The position numbers were made by a program, and so were the translations under genes. This document shows, piece after piece, positions 20,264 through 33,800 of a stretch of DNA of 64,000 nucleotides. The notes under the pieces were generated by a model that saw nothing but the letters and a program-made list of their open reading frames with translations, ran no database searches and was not told the origin of the DNA. Position 1 is the first letter of the stretch; each line of letters opens with the position of its first letter. The DNA is taken from the NCBI RefSeq assembly GCF_018780565.1, contig NZ_JADMJN010000013.1, positions 9,882-73,881 of the forward strand. The letters run 5' to 3'. Source of the DNA: Rhodoferax sp. GTDB lineage: Bacteria > Pseudomonadota > Gammaproteobacteria > Burkholderiales > Burkholderiaceae_C.

Positions 20264-21775
20264 GTGATCTCTGAACTCGAATTCAAAAGCCTGAGTATCC
20301 AAGGCTACAACCGCATTCCGCTCATGGCGGAGGCCTTTGCCGATCTGGAAACCCCCTTGTCGCTGTACCTGAAGCTGGCGCACGCCAAGAACGGCGGCAA
20401 GTACAGCTTCCTGCTGGAGTCCGTGGTGGGCGGTGAACGCTTTGGACGCTACAGCTTCATCGGCCTGCCGGCGCGAACCCTGGTTCGCTCCAGCGGCTTT
20501 GGCGCCGATGTGCGCACCGAGGTCGTGACTGACGACGTGGTGCTGGAAACCTCCAGTGTCAATCCACTGGATTTCATTTCCGATTATCAGAAGCGGTTCA
20601 AGGTCGCCTTGCGCCCGGGCCTGCCCCGCTTTTGTGGCGGACTGGCGGGGTACTTCGGCTACGACGCCGTTCGTTACATCGAGAAGAAGCTGGCCAACTC
20701 CTGCCCGCCGGACACCCTGGGCTGCCCGGACATCTTGTTGTTGCAATGCGAAGAACTGGCTGTGATCGACAACTTGTCGGGCAAGCTGTACCTGATTGTG
20801 TACGCAGACCCGTCACGACCCGAAGCGTATGCCAACGCCAAGAAGCGCCTGCGTGAGTTGAAAGATCAGCTCAAATACTCGGTCAGCGCCCCGGTGGTCA
20901 AGCCCACGCAAGGCTACCCGGCCGAGCGGGAATTCGCCAAGGCGGACTACATCGCCGCCGTGGAGCGTGCCAAGGAGTTGATTGCCGGCGGGGATTTCAT
21001 GCAAGTGCAGGTGGGCCAGCGCATCAAGAAGCGCTACACCGAGTCACCGCTCAGTTTGTACCGGGCCTTGCGGGCGCTGAACCCCAGCCCCTACATGTAT
21101 TACTACCACTTTGGCGATTTCCACGTGGTCGGTGCCTCGCCAGAGATTCTGGTGCGCCAGGAACAGGTCACGCTGGAGGGCAAGACCGAGCAGAAAGTCA
21201 CCATCCGTCCTCTGGCCGGTACCCGGCCGCGCGGTGCCAGTCCCGAGTTGGACAAGGCGGCCGAAGTGGAATTGATCAACGACCCCAAAGAGCGCGCCGA
21301 GCATGTGATGCTGATTGACCTGGCACGCAATGACATCGGTCGAATTGCCAAAATTGGCAGCGTGAAAGTGACAGAGGCCTTCAGCGTGGAGCGTTACAGC
21401 CATGTGATGCACATCGTGAGCAACGTCGAAGGCACCCTCCTTGATGGCATGACCAGCATGGATGTGCTCAAGGCAACCTTCCCTGCGGGCACGCTCACCG
21501 GTGCGCCCAAGGTGCATGCCATGGAGCTGATTGACCGCCTGGAGCCGAGCAAGCGCGGCCTGTACGGCGGCGCTTGTGGGTACCTGAGTTACGCAGGTGA
21601 TATGGACGTGGCGATTGCCATCCGCACCGGCATCATCAAGGACCAGATGCTCTACGTGCAGGCGGCGGCCGGTGTGGTCGCCGACTCGGTGCCCGAGCTG
21701 GAGTGGAAGGAAACCGAAGCGAAGGCCCGGGCTTTGTTGCGGGCATCCGAATTGGTTGAAGAAGGGCTGGAGTGA
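20264..21775 (+). CDS. trpE: anthranilate synthase component I
   Basis: Contains [28 protein letters not shown] and the conserved C-terminal [24 protein letters not shown] start. Confidence 0.95.
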   Translation: MISELEFKSLSIQGYNRIPLMAEAFADLETPLSLYLKLAHAKNGGKYSFLLESVVGGERFGRYSFIGLPARTLVRSSGFGADVRTEVVTDDVVLETSSVNPLDFISDYQKRFKVALRPGLPRFCGGLAGYFGYDAVRYIEKKLANSCPPDTLGCPDILLLQCEELAVIDNLSGKLYLIVYADPSRPEAYANAKKRLRELKDQLKYSVSAPVVKPTQGYPAEREFAKADYIAAVERAKELIAGGDFMQVQVGQRIKKRYTESPLSLYRALRALNPSPYMYYYHFGDFHVVGASPEILVRQEQVTLEGKTEQKVTIRPLAGTRPRGASPELDKAAEVELINDPKERAEHVMLIDLARNDIGRIAKIGSVKVTEAFSVERYSHVMHIVSNVEGTLLDGMTSMDVLKATFPAGTLTGAPKVHAMELIDRLEPSKRGLYGGACGYLSYAGDMDVAIAIRTGIIKDQMLYVQAAAGVVADSVPELEWKETEAKARALLRASELVEEGLE

Positions 21776-21780
21776 GCACC

Positions 21781-22378
<598 letters not shown>

Positions 22379-22392
<14 letters not shown>

Positions 22393-23425
22393 AACCATTA
22401 CCCCGCAGGAAGCCCTGCTGCGCACCATCGAACACCGTGAGATCTTTCACGATGAAATGCTGCACATCGTGCGTCAGATCATGAAGGGCGAATGGTCCCC
22501 CGTGATGATCGCCGCCTTCATCACCGGACTGCGCGTCAAGAAAGAGACGATCGGAGAAATCACGGCGGCCGCCCAGGTGATGCGCGAGTTTTCCACCAAG
22601 GTGCAGGTGGCTGACAAAACCCATCTGGTGGACATCGTGGGCACGGGTGGCGATGGCTCGCATACTTTCAATATTTCGACCTGCGCCATGTTCGTGGCGG
22701 CAGCGGCCGGGGCCAAGGTGAGCAAGCACGGTGGCCGCAGCGTCAGCAGCAAGAGTGGCAGCGCCGATGTGATGGAGTCGCTTGGTGTCAGTATCAATCT
22801 CGCGCCCGAAGCCATTGCGAAATGCATCGAGCAGGTTGGCGTAGGTTTCATGTTCGCCCCCAATCACCATCCGGCCATGAAGAACGTGGCGCCGGTGCGC
22901 AAAGAGTTGGGTATCAAGACCATTTTCAATCTGCTGGGCCCGCTGACCAATCCCGCCAACGCGCCCAACATTTTGATGGGTGTGTTTCACCCCGATCTGG
23001 TGGGTATTCAGGTGCGTGCGCTGCAGCGCCTGGGTGCCGAGCATGCGGTGGTGGTCTACGGGAAGGACGGCATGGATGAGGTCAGCCTGGGTGCCGCAAC
23101 GCTGGTGGGGGAGCTCAAGCATGGCGAAGTGACCGAGTACGAAATTCATCCCGAAGATTTCGGCATGGTCATGGCCAGCAACCGCGCGCTCAAGGTGGAG
23201 ACGCCAGAGCAGTCCAAAGCCATGCTGATCGGGGTGCTGGACAACGTGCCTGGTGCACCACGCGACATCGTGATCCTCAATGCCGGTGTGGCACTGTATG
23301 CCGCTAATGTGGCGGATTCGATGAAGGCCGGCGTGGATCTGGCGCGACATGCTATCGAATCAGGAGCGGCGAGGGCCAAGCTGGCGCAATTGGTGGTTGC
23401 CGCGCAAGCCTTGAGCGTCGCCTGA
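22379..23425 (+). CDS. trpD: anthranilate phosphoribosyltransferase
   Basis: Contains [28 protein letters not shown] and [10 protein letters not shown] motifs. Confidence 0.95.
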
Positions 23426-23426
23426 T

Positions 23427-23567
23427 ATGGCCGCACTGCTGCAAGGTGAAGGTGCCTGGATCGCTTTGGGTGTCTCGGCCTTGTTTATCGTGGTGGGTCT
23501 GGTGATGCACCGCATTTTTATCAACATTTTGAAAAATGGCTCCCAGGAGTCGCCCAAGCATGACTGA
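23427..23567 (+). CDS. possible 46-aa small membrane protein between trpD and trpC
   Basis: The ATG lies 1 nt after the trpD stop. Translation is [46 protein letters not shown], with one hydrophobic helix. Its stop overlaps the trpC ATG. It is too short for the ORF track. Confidence 0.3.
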   Translation: MAALLQGEGAWIALGVSALFIVVGLVMHRIFINILKNGSQESPKHD

Positions 23568-24354
23568 TATTCTGGACAAAATTGTTGTTGTTAAACGCGA
23601 GGAAGTCGCGGCGGCCAGCAAGCGAAAGTCCCTGGACTTGGTGCGTGCAGATGCCGAATCTCGCGTGTTGACGCGAGATTTCCTGGCTGCCATGCGCGCC
23701 AGGATCGCTGCGGGGCAGCCCGCCGTGATTGCCGAAATCAAGAAGGCCAGCCCCTCCAAGGGCGTGCTGCGGGCTGACTTCATTCCAGCCGACATTGCGC
23801 AAAGCTATGCGGAGCACGGGGCCGCCTGTTTGTCGGTGCTGACTGATGTGCAGTTTTTCCAGGGCAGCATCGATTACCTCAAGCAGGCGCGTGCCTCCTG
23901 CCAGTTGCCGGTGTTGCGCAAGGATTTCATTGTTGACGCCTACCAGGTCTATGAATCCCGCGCCATGGGGGCCGATGCGATTTTGCTGATTGCGGCCATT
24001 CTGGATGATGGACAGATGAAGGACTTTGAGGCGATTGCCCGTAGCCTGGATATGGCTGTGCTGGTGGAAGTTCACGATGCCGCCGAACTGGCGCGCGCGC
24101 TGAAACTCAAAACCCCCTTGGTGGGCATCAATAACCGCAATCTCAAGACCTTCGAGGTGTCGCTGGATACCACGCTGGCCCTGATGCGTGATGTGCCCAA
24201 GGACCGTCTGCTGGTGACCGAGAGTGGCATTCATACCCGCGAAGATGTGCTTCGCATGGGGGCGGCTGGCGTCAACGCCTTCCTGGTCGGCGAAGCCTTC
24301 ATGCGTGCTGCTGACCCGGGCATGGCGCTGGCGGAATTGTTTGGCGCTGCGTGA
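23560..24354 (+). CDS. trpC: indole-3-glycerol-phosphate synthase
   Basis: Contains [37 protein letters not shown] and [10 protein letters not shown] motifs. Confidence 0.95.
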   Translation: MTDILDKIVVVKREEVAAASKRKSLDLVRADAESRVLTRDFLAAMRARIAAGQPAVIAEIKKASPSKGVLRADFIPADIAQSYAEHGAACLSVLTDVQFFQGSIDYLKQARASCQLPVLRKDFIVDAYQVYESRAMGADAILLIAAILDDGQMKDFEAIARSLDMAVLVEVHDAAELARALKLKTPLVGINNRNLKTFEVSLDTTLALMRDVPKDRLLVTESGIHTREDVLRMGAAGVNAFLVGEAFMRAADPGMALAELFGAA

Positions 24355-24405
24355 GCGTTGTCGATTGATCGATTAGCGGATGCGCTATCCATTTCATAGT
24401 AAATA

Positions 24406-25215
24406 ATGCCGACTGCACGAGGGTTTCAGGCTGATTTCGGGTTTGCTTTGCCGGAAGGTACGCCCCCGGCCGGTGTATCGCGGCATTTGACCGAGTGGGC
24501 ACCCGAGAGGTGGTCGGTCGCGCAGGACTGGCGTCTTGTTGTCGATCGCTTTTTGGCCAGCGACCCGGCGCAGCGATTAGGGGCGTTCCTGCGCAGCCGT
24601 CTCAGTGACGGTGCCATCATCTACCCCCCCGAGCCATTTCGCGCCCTGGCATTGACGCCCCTGACCCAGGTCAAGGTGCTGATCCTGGGACAGGACCCTT
24701 ATCATGGACCGGGTCAGGCCGAGGGCCTGGCTTTTTCTGTGGCGCCGGGCGTCAAGCCGCCGCCGTCCTTGCGCAATATTTTCAAGGAAATTGCTCGGGA
24801 TCCCGAATTGGGATGCCGGCCATTTGTGGCGAGCGGCAATGGCTCTCTGGCATCCTGGGCGACTCAGGGCGTTTTGCTGCTCAATACCTGCTTGACGGTT
24901 GAAGATGGAAAGCCAGCCAGTCATGCGCAGCGCGGTTGGGAAGCGCTTACTGATGAGATAGTCAAGGCCGTAGGGGTAAAAAATAGTCCGGTCGTGTTTA
25001 TGTTGTGGGGCGCCCATGCCCAAGCCAAGCAGGGCCTGATTAGGGCAGAAGGTCAGAAGGACGAAGCTGCAAAGGCGGGCCATCTGGTGCTGACGGCCAA
25101 CCATCCATCGCCTTTGTCGGCGATGCGGCCACCAAAGCCATTCCTGGGGTGCGGTCATTTCGGACAGGCAAATGCCTATTTACGCCAGCACGGATGCGCG
25201 CCGATTGACTGGTGA
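24406..25215 (+). CDS. ung: uracil-DNA glycosylase
   Basis: Contains the catalytic water-activating loop LGQDPYHGPGQAEGLAFSV and the C-terminal HPSPLSA motif. Confidence 0.9.
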   Translation: MPTARGFQADFGFALPEGTPPAGVSRHLTEWAPERWSVAQDWRLVVDRFLASDPAQRLGAFLRSRLSDGAIIYPPEPFRALALTPLTQVKVLILGQDPYHGPGQAEGLAFSVAPGVKPPPSLRNIFKEIARDPELGCRPFVASGNGSLASWATQGVLLLNTCLTVEDGKPASHAQRGWEALTDEIVKAVGVKNSPVVFMLWGAHAQAKQGLIRAEGQKDEAAKAGHLVLTANHPSPLSAMRPPKPFLGCGHFGQANAYLRQHGCAPIDW

Positions 25216-25238
25216 CGACAAGTTACGCATTCAAATTG

Positions 25239-25266
25239 TTCACTGGTCATATTTTCATGGCATAAT
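25239..25266 (+). promoter_or_regulatory. candidate sigma70-type promoter for the tRNA-tuf transcription unit
   Basis: TTCACT (25239-25244), a 16-nt spacer, then CATAAT (25261-25266). The -10 element ends 14 nt upstream of tRNA-Tyr. Confidence 0.35.
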
Positions 25267-25280
25267 CCGGGGTTCACCAA

Positions 25281-25366
25281 GGAGAGGTGGCCGAGTGGTT
25301 AATGGCAGCAGACTGTAAATCTGCCCTCTTACGAGTACGCTGGTTCGAATCCAGCCCTCTCCACCA
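25281..25366 (+). tRNA. tRNA-Tyr (GTA), class II long variable arm
   Basis: Acceptor GGAGAGG pairs with CCTCTCC. The anticodon loop CTGTAAA carries GTA. TTCGAATCC T-loop and encoded CCA. Confidence 0.9.
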
Positions 25367-25444
25367 GTGAATAGTTAGATGGCCGTTGAGGCATTGTGAA
25401 GATGTATGCGAAACGGCTCATGGTTGCTTGCAATGCAGGCCTGT

Positions 25445-25518
25445 GCGGGGTTCGTATAGTGGTAATACCTTAGCCTTCCAAGCTAAAGCGAGGAGTTCGA
25501 TTCTCCTACCCCGCTCCA
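25445..25518 (+). tRNA. tRNA-Gly (TCC)
   Basis: Acceptor GCGGGGT pairs with ACCCCGC. The anticodon loop CTTCCAA carries TCC. TTCGATTC T-loop and encoded CCA. Confidence 0.9.
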
Positions 25519-25586
25519 CAGTTGATGTGCATGGTCGGTTGGTTGTAAAAGTTTTTGCTTGATCTGCCGGTTGGCAGGTTGGGTTG

Positions 25587-25661
25587 GCCCATTTGGCTCA
25601 GTGGCAGAGCACTCCCTTGGTAAGGGAGAGGTCCCGGGTCCGATTCCCGGAATGGGCACCA
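25587..25661 (+). tRNA. tRNA-Thr (GGT)
   Basis: Acceptor GCCCATT pairs with AATGGGC. The anticodon loop TTGGTAA carries GGT. Encoded CCA. Confidence 0.9.
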
Positions 25662-25758
25662 GTTTGGGTGTATTGATTGGGTGTGCTGGCTGGATGTTGG
25701 TGCTGATTGATACGCGATGATTTTGATTTGATGGTCCTTTACTTTTCGGAGTCTGAAA

Positions 25759-26949
<1,191 letters not shown>

Positions 26950-26960
26950 TTGTTTTTTGT

Positions 26961-27036
26961 AGGGGCGTAGCTCAATTGGCAGAGCGTCGGTCTCCAAAAC
27001 CGAAGGTTGATGGTTCGATTCCTTCCGCCCCTGCCA
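26961..27036 (+). tRNA. tRNA-Trp (CCA)
   Basis: Acceptor AGGGGCG pairs with CGCCCCT. The anticodon loop CTCCAAA carries CCA. It sits in the classical tuf-tRNA(Trp)-secE position. Confidence 0.9.
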
Positions 27037-27064
27037 CCTGATTCAGCCAAAAGGTGGATTTCCG

Positions 27065-27086
27065 GCCCGTCATGAGAATGACGGGC
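27065..27086 (+). terminator. 9-bp hairpin with GAGA tetraloop between tRNA-Trp and secE (possible attenuating terminator or processing site)
   Basis: GCCCGTCAT-GAGA-ATGACGGGC, followed only by TT, so it is not a strong intrinsic terminator. Confidence 0.3.
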
Positions 27087-27145
27087 TTCAGCGTCTAAAG
27101 AGCGCTGTGTTTGATTTGAAGTAGAGAAAGCGCGAGATAGAGAAA

Positions 27146-27529
27146 ATGGCAACCTCACAAGTTCAAACAGTCAGTACCGGTGCCGACAAGGCCAAGCTCG
27201 CAGCTGCTGCGGTATTGGTGGTTGTGGCGTTGGCGGCCTTTTATTTGCTGGGTAAGCAGGGGCAGCTTGTTCAGTGGGCTGCATTGCTGCTGGGTTTGAC
27301 TGCGGCTGTGGCGCTGTTTTTTACGGCGGAGTCTGGAAAGGCGCTGTTTGCATTTGGTCGCGATTCGTGGCGAGAGGTCAAAAAAGTTGTTTGGCCGGCG
27401 CGAAAAGAGGCGATCCAGATGACGGCGTACGTGTTCGTCTTCGTGTTGGTGATGGCCCTGTTCCTCTGGCTGACTGACAAGACGCTTGAGTGGCTGTTTT
27501 ATGACTTGATTCTGGGGTGGAAAAAATAA
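27146..27529 (+). CDS. secE: preprotein translocase subunit SecE
   Basis: 127 aa with three TM segments and the conserved [12 protein letters not shown] motif. Position before nusG. Confidence 0.9.
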   Translation: MATSQVQTVSTGADKAKLAAAAVLVVVALAAFYLLGKQGQLVQWAALLLGLTAAVALFFTAESGKALFAFGRDSWREVKKVVWPARKEAIQMTAYVFVFVLVMALFLWLTDKTLEWLFYDLILGWKK

Positions 27530-28140
27530 TGAATGATGTTGTAGAAACCCCTTCGTCTGATACGCCTCCTGCCCCTGCGCAGGTTTTGGCGACTGCGCCG
27601 AGCAATCCTGATTTGCGTTGGTATGTTGTTCACGCCTACTCGGGTATGGAGAAGGCGGTTGAGCGGAACATCATTGAGCGCATCAATCGTGCTGGTATGC
27701 AGGACAAGTTTGGCCGAATTCTGGTTCCGATGGAGGAAGTTGTCGAAATCAAGAATGGCCAGAAGAAGACGACCGAGCGAAAGTTTTTCCCGGGTTATGT
27801 GCTGGTCGAAATGATCATGGACGATGACACCTGGCACCTAGTCAAGCACACCAACAAGGTGACTGGTTTTGTTGGTGGGGCGAAAAATCGCCCGGCTCCG
27901 ATTTCGGAGGCGGAGGTCATGAAGATCGTCAACCAGATGCAGGAAGGCACCGAGAAGCCGCGTCACAAAGTTGAGTTTGTGGTGGGTGAGTTTGTTCGCG
28001 TCAAGGAAGGCCCGTTCACTGATTTCAATGGATCGGTGGAAGACGTCAATTACGAAAAGAGCAAGGTTCGTGTGGCGGTCACCATTTTTGGTCGTTCCAC
28101 GCCTGTGGAGTTGGAGTTTTCTCAGATCGAGAAAACCTGA
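27529..28140 (+). CDS. nusG: transcription termination/antitermination factor NusG
   Basis: The ATG overlaps the secE TAA. Contains [15 protein letters not shown] (NGN domain) and a KOW motif ([21 protein letters not shown]). Confidence 0.95.
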   Translation: MNDVVETPSSDTPPAPAQVLATAPSNPDLRWYVVHAYSGMEKAVERNIIERINRAGMQDKFGRILVPMEEVVEIKNGQKKTTERKFFPGYVLVEMIMDDDTWHLVKHTNKVTGFVGGAKNRPAPISEAEVMKIVNQMQEGTEKPRHKVEFVVGEFVRVKEGPFTDFNGSVEDVNYEKSKVRVAVTIFGRSTPVELEFSQIEKT

Positions 28141-28271
28141 TTTAGGTTTTTGGTATTCCGCGCTTTTCGACTCGGCGCGGAATTGGATAGTGAGTCGTTA
28201 ACCCCGGGGAGCCTGGGCCTGTTTATTTGAAAGCAGGATCCGGGCGCTATCACCCGTAAGGAGAAAAAAGC

Positions 28272-28703
28272 ATGGCGAAAAAAATCGTCGGTTTTGTCAA
28301 GCTGCAAGTGCCAGCTGGTAAGGCCAACCCATCCCCCCCCATCGGTCCCGCATTGGGTCAACGTGGCTTGAATATCATGGAGTTCTGCAAGGCGTTTAAC
28401 GCGCAGACCCAGGGTATTGAGCCAGGTCTGCCTTTGCCGGTGGTTATCACCGCCTTTGCGGACAAGAGCTTTACCTTCATCATCAAATCGCCCCCATCGT
28501 CGATTCTGATCAAGAAGGCTGTGAAGATCGACAAGGGTTCGGCGACGCCGCACACCGCCAAGGTTGGCAAGATCACGCGTGCCCAGCTCGAAGAGATCGC
28601 CAAGACCAAAATGAAAGATTTGACCGCCGCCGATATGGATGCGGCCGTTCGTACCATCGCCGGCTCTGCCCGCTCGATGGGCGTGAATGTGGAGGGTGTT
28701 TAA
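28272..28703 (+). CDS. rplK: 50S ribosomal protein L11
   Basis: [43 protein letters not shown]. Confidence 0.99.
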   Translation: MAKKIVGFVKLQVPAGKANPSPPIGPALGQRGLNIMEFCKAFNAQTQGIEPGLPLPVVITAFADKSFTFIIKSPPSSILIKKAVKIDKGSATPHTAKVGKITRAQLEEIAKTKMKDLTAADMDAAVRTIAGSARSMGVNVEGV

Positions 28704-29399
28704 ATGACCCAGCTCACCAAAAAACAAAAGTCCTTCCAAGGCAAGGTTGATAGCAACAAGCTGTACCCCCTGGCAGATGCTCTCGGTATCGTCAAAGAAT
28801 GTGCCAATGCCAAATTTGATGAATCCATCGATGTGGCTGTGCAACTTGGCATTGACCCGAAGAAATCGGATCAGGTAGTGCGGGGTGCCGTGGTGTTGCC
28901 CAATGGCACAGGCAAGACCAAGCGCGTCGCCGTGTTTGCGCAAGGTGCCAAGGCGGAAGAAGCCAAGGCTGCTGGTGCGGACGTGGTTGGTATGGATGAT
29001 CTGGCTGCCATGATCAAGGCTGGCGATATGCCCTTTGACATCGTGATCGCCGCCCCTGACGCCATGCGTATTGTGGGTACCCTGGGCCAGATTCTGGGTC
29101 CACGCGGTTTGATGCCTAACCCCAAGGTTGGTACTGTGACGCCTGACGTTGCGACAGCAGTGAAGAATGCCAAGGCGGGTCAGGTTCAGTTCCGCGTCGA
29201 CAAGGCCGGCATCGTGCACTCCACGATTGGTCGTCGTTCGTTCGATACCGACAAGTTGCAGGGTAACCTGGCTGTTCTCGTGGATGCCTTGACCAAGGCC
29301 AAGCCAGCGACCAGCAAGGGTCTGTATTTGCGCAAAGTAGCAGTTTCGTCAACGATGGGTGTGGGTGTCCGTGTGGACATGCAAACCATCGGCGCGTAA
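28704..29399 (+). CDS. rplA: 50S ribosomal protein L1
   Basis: Contains [12 protein letters not shown] and [16 protein letters not shown] motifs. Confidence 0.99.
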   Translation: MTQLTKKQKSFQGKVDSNKLYPLADALGIVKECANAKFDESIDVAVQLGIDPKKSDQVVRGAVVLPNGTGKTKRVAVFAQGAKAEEAKAAGADVVGMDDLAAMIKAGDMPFDIVIAAPDAMRIVGTLGQILGPRGLMPNPKVGTVTPDVATAVKNAKAGQVQFRVDKAGIVHSTIGRRSFDTDKLQGNLAVLVDALTKAKPATSKGLYLRKVAVSSTMGVGVRVDMQTIGA

Positions 29400-29668
29400 T
29401 TGTAGAAATTCCGGTCATCTGAGAGGATGACCTGATGTGGTGGGCTGTTCACGCAGAAATGTGCGAGCAGGCCATCCAAGACCGTTGGTGTGCAAGCTGC
29501 AGCGATGCGGTCAAGCACTTAATCATCGGGTATCGGGCCTGTCCCGGCACCCCGCCAACGCAGATGGCGATCCCGCTGCAGATGGAATCAGTTCCGAAAC
29601 AGTTGGTCGCTGCAATGTGGCGTGTTTGAAGGCAATTTGCCGACGAGCACATTTTGAAGGAGTAGACC
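29400..29668 (+). promoter_or_regulatory. rplJ (L10) leader region
   Basis: This is a 269-nt untranslated gap between rplA and rplJ. In proteobacteria this position holds the L10(L12)4 autoregulatory leader. I did not map the structure myself. Confidence 0.5.
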
Positions 29669-30193
29669 TTGAGTCTTAATCGCAGTGAGAAAGAAGCGGT
29701 CATCAGTGATGTGACTGGCCTCGCCGCAAAAGCTCAAACGCTCGTGATGGCGGAATACCGCGGAATCACGGTCGCTGATATGACCAAATTGCGTTCCACC
29801 GCACGCAGCAATGGTGTGAGTCTGAGTGTGTTGAAAAACACCCTGGCTCGCCGTGCTGTCAGTGGTAGCGGATTTGAAGTTGTGTCCGACCTGATGACCG
29901 GTCCGCTGATCTATAGCTTCTCTGAAGATGCAGTGGCTGCCGCGCGAGTGGTGGCTGACTTTGCGAAAACCAACGACAAGCTGGTGATTCGCGGTGGTGC
30001 ATACGGTGGAAAAGCTCTGGACGTGAACGGCGTGAAGCAATTGGCAAGTATCCCTTCCAAGGAAGTGTTGCTGGCGCAGTTGCTGGGCTTGATGCAATCC
30101 CCGATTTCCCGCACGGCACGTGTGCTTGCGGCAATCGCAGAGAAAAAAGGCGCAGGCGCGACAGAAGCACCCGCTGAGGCAGTCGCGGCCTGA
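29669..30193 (+). CDS. rplJ: 50S ribosomal protein L10
   Basis: [15 protein letters not shown]...[15 protein letters not shown]. Confidence 0.97.
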   Translation: MSLNRSEKEAVISDVTGLAAKAQTLVMAEYRGITVADMTKLRSTARSNGVSLSVLKNTLARRAVSGSGFEVVSDLMTGPLIYSFSEDAVAAARVVADFAKTNDKLVIRGGAYGGKALDVNGVKQLASIPSKEVLLAQLLGLMQSPISRTARVLAAIAEKKGAGATEAPAEAVAA

Positions 30194-30235
30194 TCGCCCG
30201 CTGCTTGTTGTAACCAATATTGTTAGGAAATAAAA

Positions 30236-30607
30236 ATGGCATTCGATAAAGACGCATTTTTGACCGCGCTGGACAGCATGACGGTCATGGAACTCAACGA
30301 CCTGGTGAAAGCCATCGAAGAGAAATTTGGCGTGAGCGCTGCAGCGATGTCTGCACCTGCAGCGGGTGGCGCTGCCGCCGCTGTGGCTGAAGAGAAGACC
30401 GAATTCAACGTGGTTCTGCTTGACGCAGGTGCCGCCAAGGTCTCCGTCATCAAGGCCGTGCGCGAAATCACGGGTCTGGGCCTCAAAGAAGCCAAGGACC
30501 TGGTTGACGGCGCTCCGAAGAACGTCAAGGAAGGCATCTCCAAGGCTGACGCCGATGCTGCCTTGAAGAAGCTGATTGAAGCCGGTGCAAAGGCCGAACT
30601 CAAGTAA
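30236..30607 (+). CDS. rplL: 50S ribosomal protein L7/L12
   Basis: Contains the Ala-rich hinge and [25 protein letters not shown]. Confidence 0.99.
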   Translation: MAFDKDAFLTALDSMTVMELNDLVKAIEEKFGVSAAAMSAPAAGGAAAAVAEEKTEFNVVLLDAGAAKVSVIKAVREITGLGLKEAKDLVDGAPKNVKEGISKADADAALKKLIEAGAKAELK

Positions 30608-30623
30608 TTGAGTTCGTCAAAAA

Positions 30624-30655
30624 GGCTGGGTGCTCCCAAAGAGCTCCCAGCCTTT
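30624..30655 (+). terminator. rplL-rpoB intergenic hairpin (partial terminator/attenuator)
   Basis: GGCTGGGTGCTC-CCAAA-GAGCTCCCAGCC has one mismatch and is followed by TTT. This is the classical position of the rplL-rpoB attenuator. Confidence 0.6.
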
Positions 30656-30896
30656 GGCGCTTGTAAGAGCGCACTGAAAAACGACCCTTTGGACGTTTTC
30701 GGGTGGCCCGAAGTGCCACCCAAAAGCCTAAAGGGGTTTTTCAGTGTCTTCTGACCCCGACTGCAGAAGATGCCTTGGTTCGGGTCACACGCAATGTGTG
30801 ACCGTCCGCCAATGATTGGTAGTGGCCAATCACCAAGAAATGACACACCAGTCGCCTAGGACCCCCAGGATTCCTTAGTCTTTGCCCGGAGATCTC

Positions 30897-33800
30897 ATGG
30901 CTTACACATACACAGAACGCAAGCGAATTCGCAAAAATTTCGGCAATCGCGACAGCGTGCTCGAAATTCCTTACCTGCTTCAGATGCAAAAAGATGCCTA
31001 CACGGCGTTCTTGCAGGCAGATGTCGCGCCGAAGAAGCGGACCATAGAGGGCCTTCAAGCTGCTTTTGACGCGGCTTTCCCCATTGTTTCCCACAATGGC
31101 TTTGTCGAGATGAAGTATCTCGAATACAGCTTGGCCAAGCCTGCTTTTGATGTACGCGAATGCCAGACACGTGGCTTGACGTTTGCCTCGGCTGTTCGTG
31201 CCAAGGTGCAACTGATCATTTATGACCGCGAATCTTCGACCTCGCAGAACAAGGTGGTCAAGGAAGTCAAAGAGCAGGAAGTCTATATGGGCGAAGTGCC
31301 CCTGATGACCGGCAAGGGCTCCTTCATCATCAATGGCACTGAGCGCGTGATCGTCTCCCAGTTGCACCGTTCGCCCGGTGTGTTCTTTGAACACGACAAG
31401 GGCAAGACGCACAGTTCGGGCAAGTTGCTGTTCTCGGCTCGAATCATTCCTTACCGTGGTTCATGGCTCGACTTCGAGTTCGACCCCAAGGACATCTTGT
31501 ATTTCCGCGTGGACCGTCGTCGCAAGATGCCCGTCACGATTCTGCTCAAGGCCATTGGTCTGAACCACGAGTCCATTCTCGCCAACTTCTTCGTCAATGA
31601 CAATTTCCGTCTGATGGACAGTGGCGCCCAGATGGAGTTTGTGGCGGAGCGCCTGCGCGGTGAAGTGGCTCGTTTCGATGTCACCGACAAGAGCGGCAAG
31701 GTTGTTGTGGCCAAGGACAAGCGCGTGACAGCACGCCATACCCGTGAGCTGGAGCAGTCCGGAACCACCCATATCACCGTGCCGGAAGATTTTCTGGTTG
31801 GCCGCGTCGTTGCCCGCAACATTGTTGAAGCCGATACCGGTGAAATCATTGCCAAAGCCAATGAAGAGCTTACCGAGGCACTGCTCAAGAAGTTGCGCTT
31901 GGCCGGTGTGCAAGACCTGCCTTGCATTTACACCAATGAACTCGATCAGGGTGCGTACATTTCGCAAACATTGCGCAGTGACGAAACCGTGGACGAGTTC
32001 GCAGCGCGTGTGGCCATCTACCGCATGATGCGCCCCGGTGAGCCACCCACAGAAGATGCCGTGCAGGCACTGTTCCAGCGCTTGTTCTACAACCCTGACA
32101 CCTACGACCTGTCGCGTGTCGGCCGCATGAAGTTCAATGCCAAGATGGGGCGTGCCGAATCGACCGGTCCCATGGTGCTGACCAATGAAGACATCCTGGC
32201 TGTGGTCAAGATCCTAGTCGACCTGCGCAATGGCCGCGGCGAAGTGGACGACATTGATCACCTAGGTAACCGCCGTGTGCGCTGTGTGGGTGAGTTGGCC
32301 GAGAACCAGTACCGTACTGGTTTGGCTCGTATCGAGAAGGCTGTGAAAGAGCGTCTGGGTCAGGCCGAGCAGGACCCATTGATGCCACACGACTTGATCA
32401 ACAGCAAGCCCATTTCCGCTGCGTTGAAAGAGTTCTTCGGCGCATCGCAGTTGTCGCAGTTCATGGATCAGACCAATCCTCTGTCCGAGATCACCCACAA
32501 GCGCCGTGTTTCGGCACTTGGCCCAGGTGGTTTGACGCGTGAGCGCGCCGGCTTTGAGGTGCGTGACGTGCACGTGACCCATTACGGTCGTGTTTGCCCG
32601 ATTGAGACGCCCGAGGGTCCAAACATCGGTCTGATCAACTCCCTGGCTTTGTATGCCCGCCTCAACGAATACGGTTTCATTGAAACGCCGTACCGTCGCG
32701 TGGTCGACAGCAAGGTGACGATGGACATCGACTACCTGTCTGCGATTGAAGAAGGCAAGTACGTCATTGCGCAGGCGAATGCGGCACTCGACAAAGAAGG
32801 CAAACTCACCGGTGAGTTGATTTCTGCGCGTGAAGCGGGCGAATCGATCATGGTCGGTGCCGAGCGTATCCAGTACATGGACGTGTCTCCGGCGCAGATC
32901 GTTTCGGTGGCTGCCTCTTTGGTGCCGTTCCTGGAGCACGATGACGCCAACCGCGCCTTGATGGGCGCCAACATGCAGCGTCAGGCGGTCCCGATCCTGC
33001 GTCCTGAAAAGGCGTTCGTTGGAACCGGTATCGAGCGCGTTTCCGCAGTCGACTCCGGAACCGTGGTTACCGCCACCCGTGGCGGTATCGTTGACTATGT
33101 GGATGCGACCCGTGTTGTGATCCGCGTCAACGATGCAGAAGCGCAGGCCGGCGAAGTCGGTGTAGATATCTACAACCTGATCAAGTACCAGCGTTCCAAC
33201 CAGAACACCAACATTCACCAGCGCCCCATCATCAAGCGCGGCGACAAGCTGGCCAAGGGTGATGTGATCGCCGACGGCGCATCCACTGACTTGGGCGAAC
33301 TCGCCTTGGGCCAGAATATGCTGGTGGCGTTCATGCCCTGGAATGGTTACAACTTCGAAGACTCGATTTTGATCAGTGAGCGCGTGGTTGCAGAAGACCG
33401 CTACACCTCCATTCACATCGAAGAACTGGTTGTGATGGCGCGTGACACCAAGCTGGGGTCTGAAGAAATCACCCGTGATATCCCGAACCTGAGCGAGCAG
33501 CAACTCAACCGTCTGGACGAGTCCGGCATCATTTACGTGGGTGCCGAAGTACAACCTGGCGATACGCTGGTGGGCAAAGTCACGCCTAAAGGCGAAACTA
33601 CCCTGACGCCTGAAGAGAAACTGTTGCGCGCCATCTTCGGCGAAAAAGCCAGCGACGTGAAAGACACCTCCTTGCGTGTGGATCAGGGCTCGCAAGGGAC
33701 CGTGATCGACGTGCAGGTGTTCACACGCGAAGGCATCGTGCGCGATCGCCGCGCCCAGCAGATCATTGACGACGAACTCAAGCGTTTCCGTCTGGATTTG

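Noticed and set aside
28155-28183. Hairpin ATTCCGCGC...GCGCGGAAT after nusG.
   Set aside because: It is a perfect 9-bp stem, but the loop is 11 nt and no T-run follows. That is not enough to call a terminator; it may be part of the rplK leader.
29435-29703. Small ORFs (64-84 aa, both strands) between rplA and rplJ.
   Set aside because: This is the expected position of the untranslated L10 leader, and the ORFs have no coding features.
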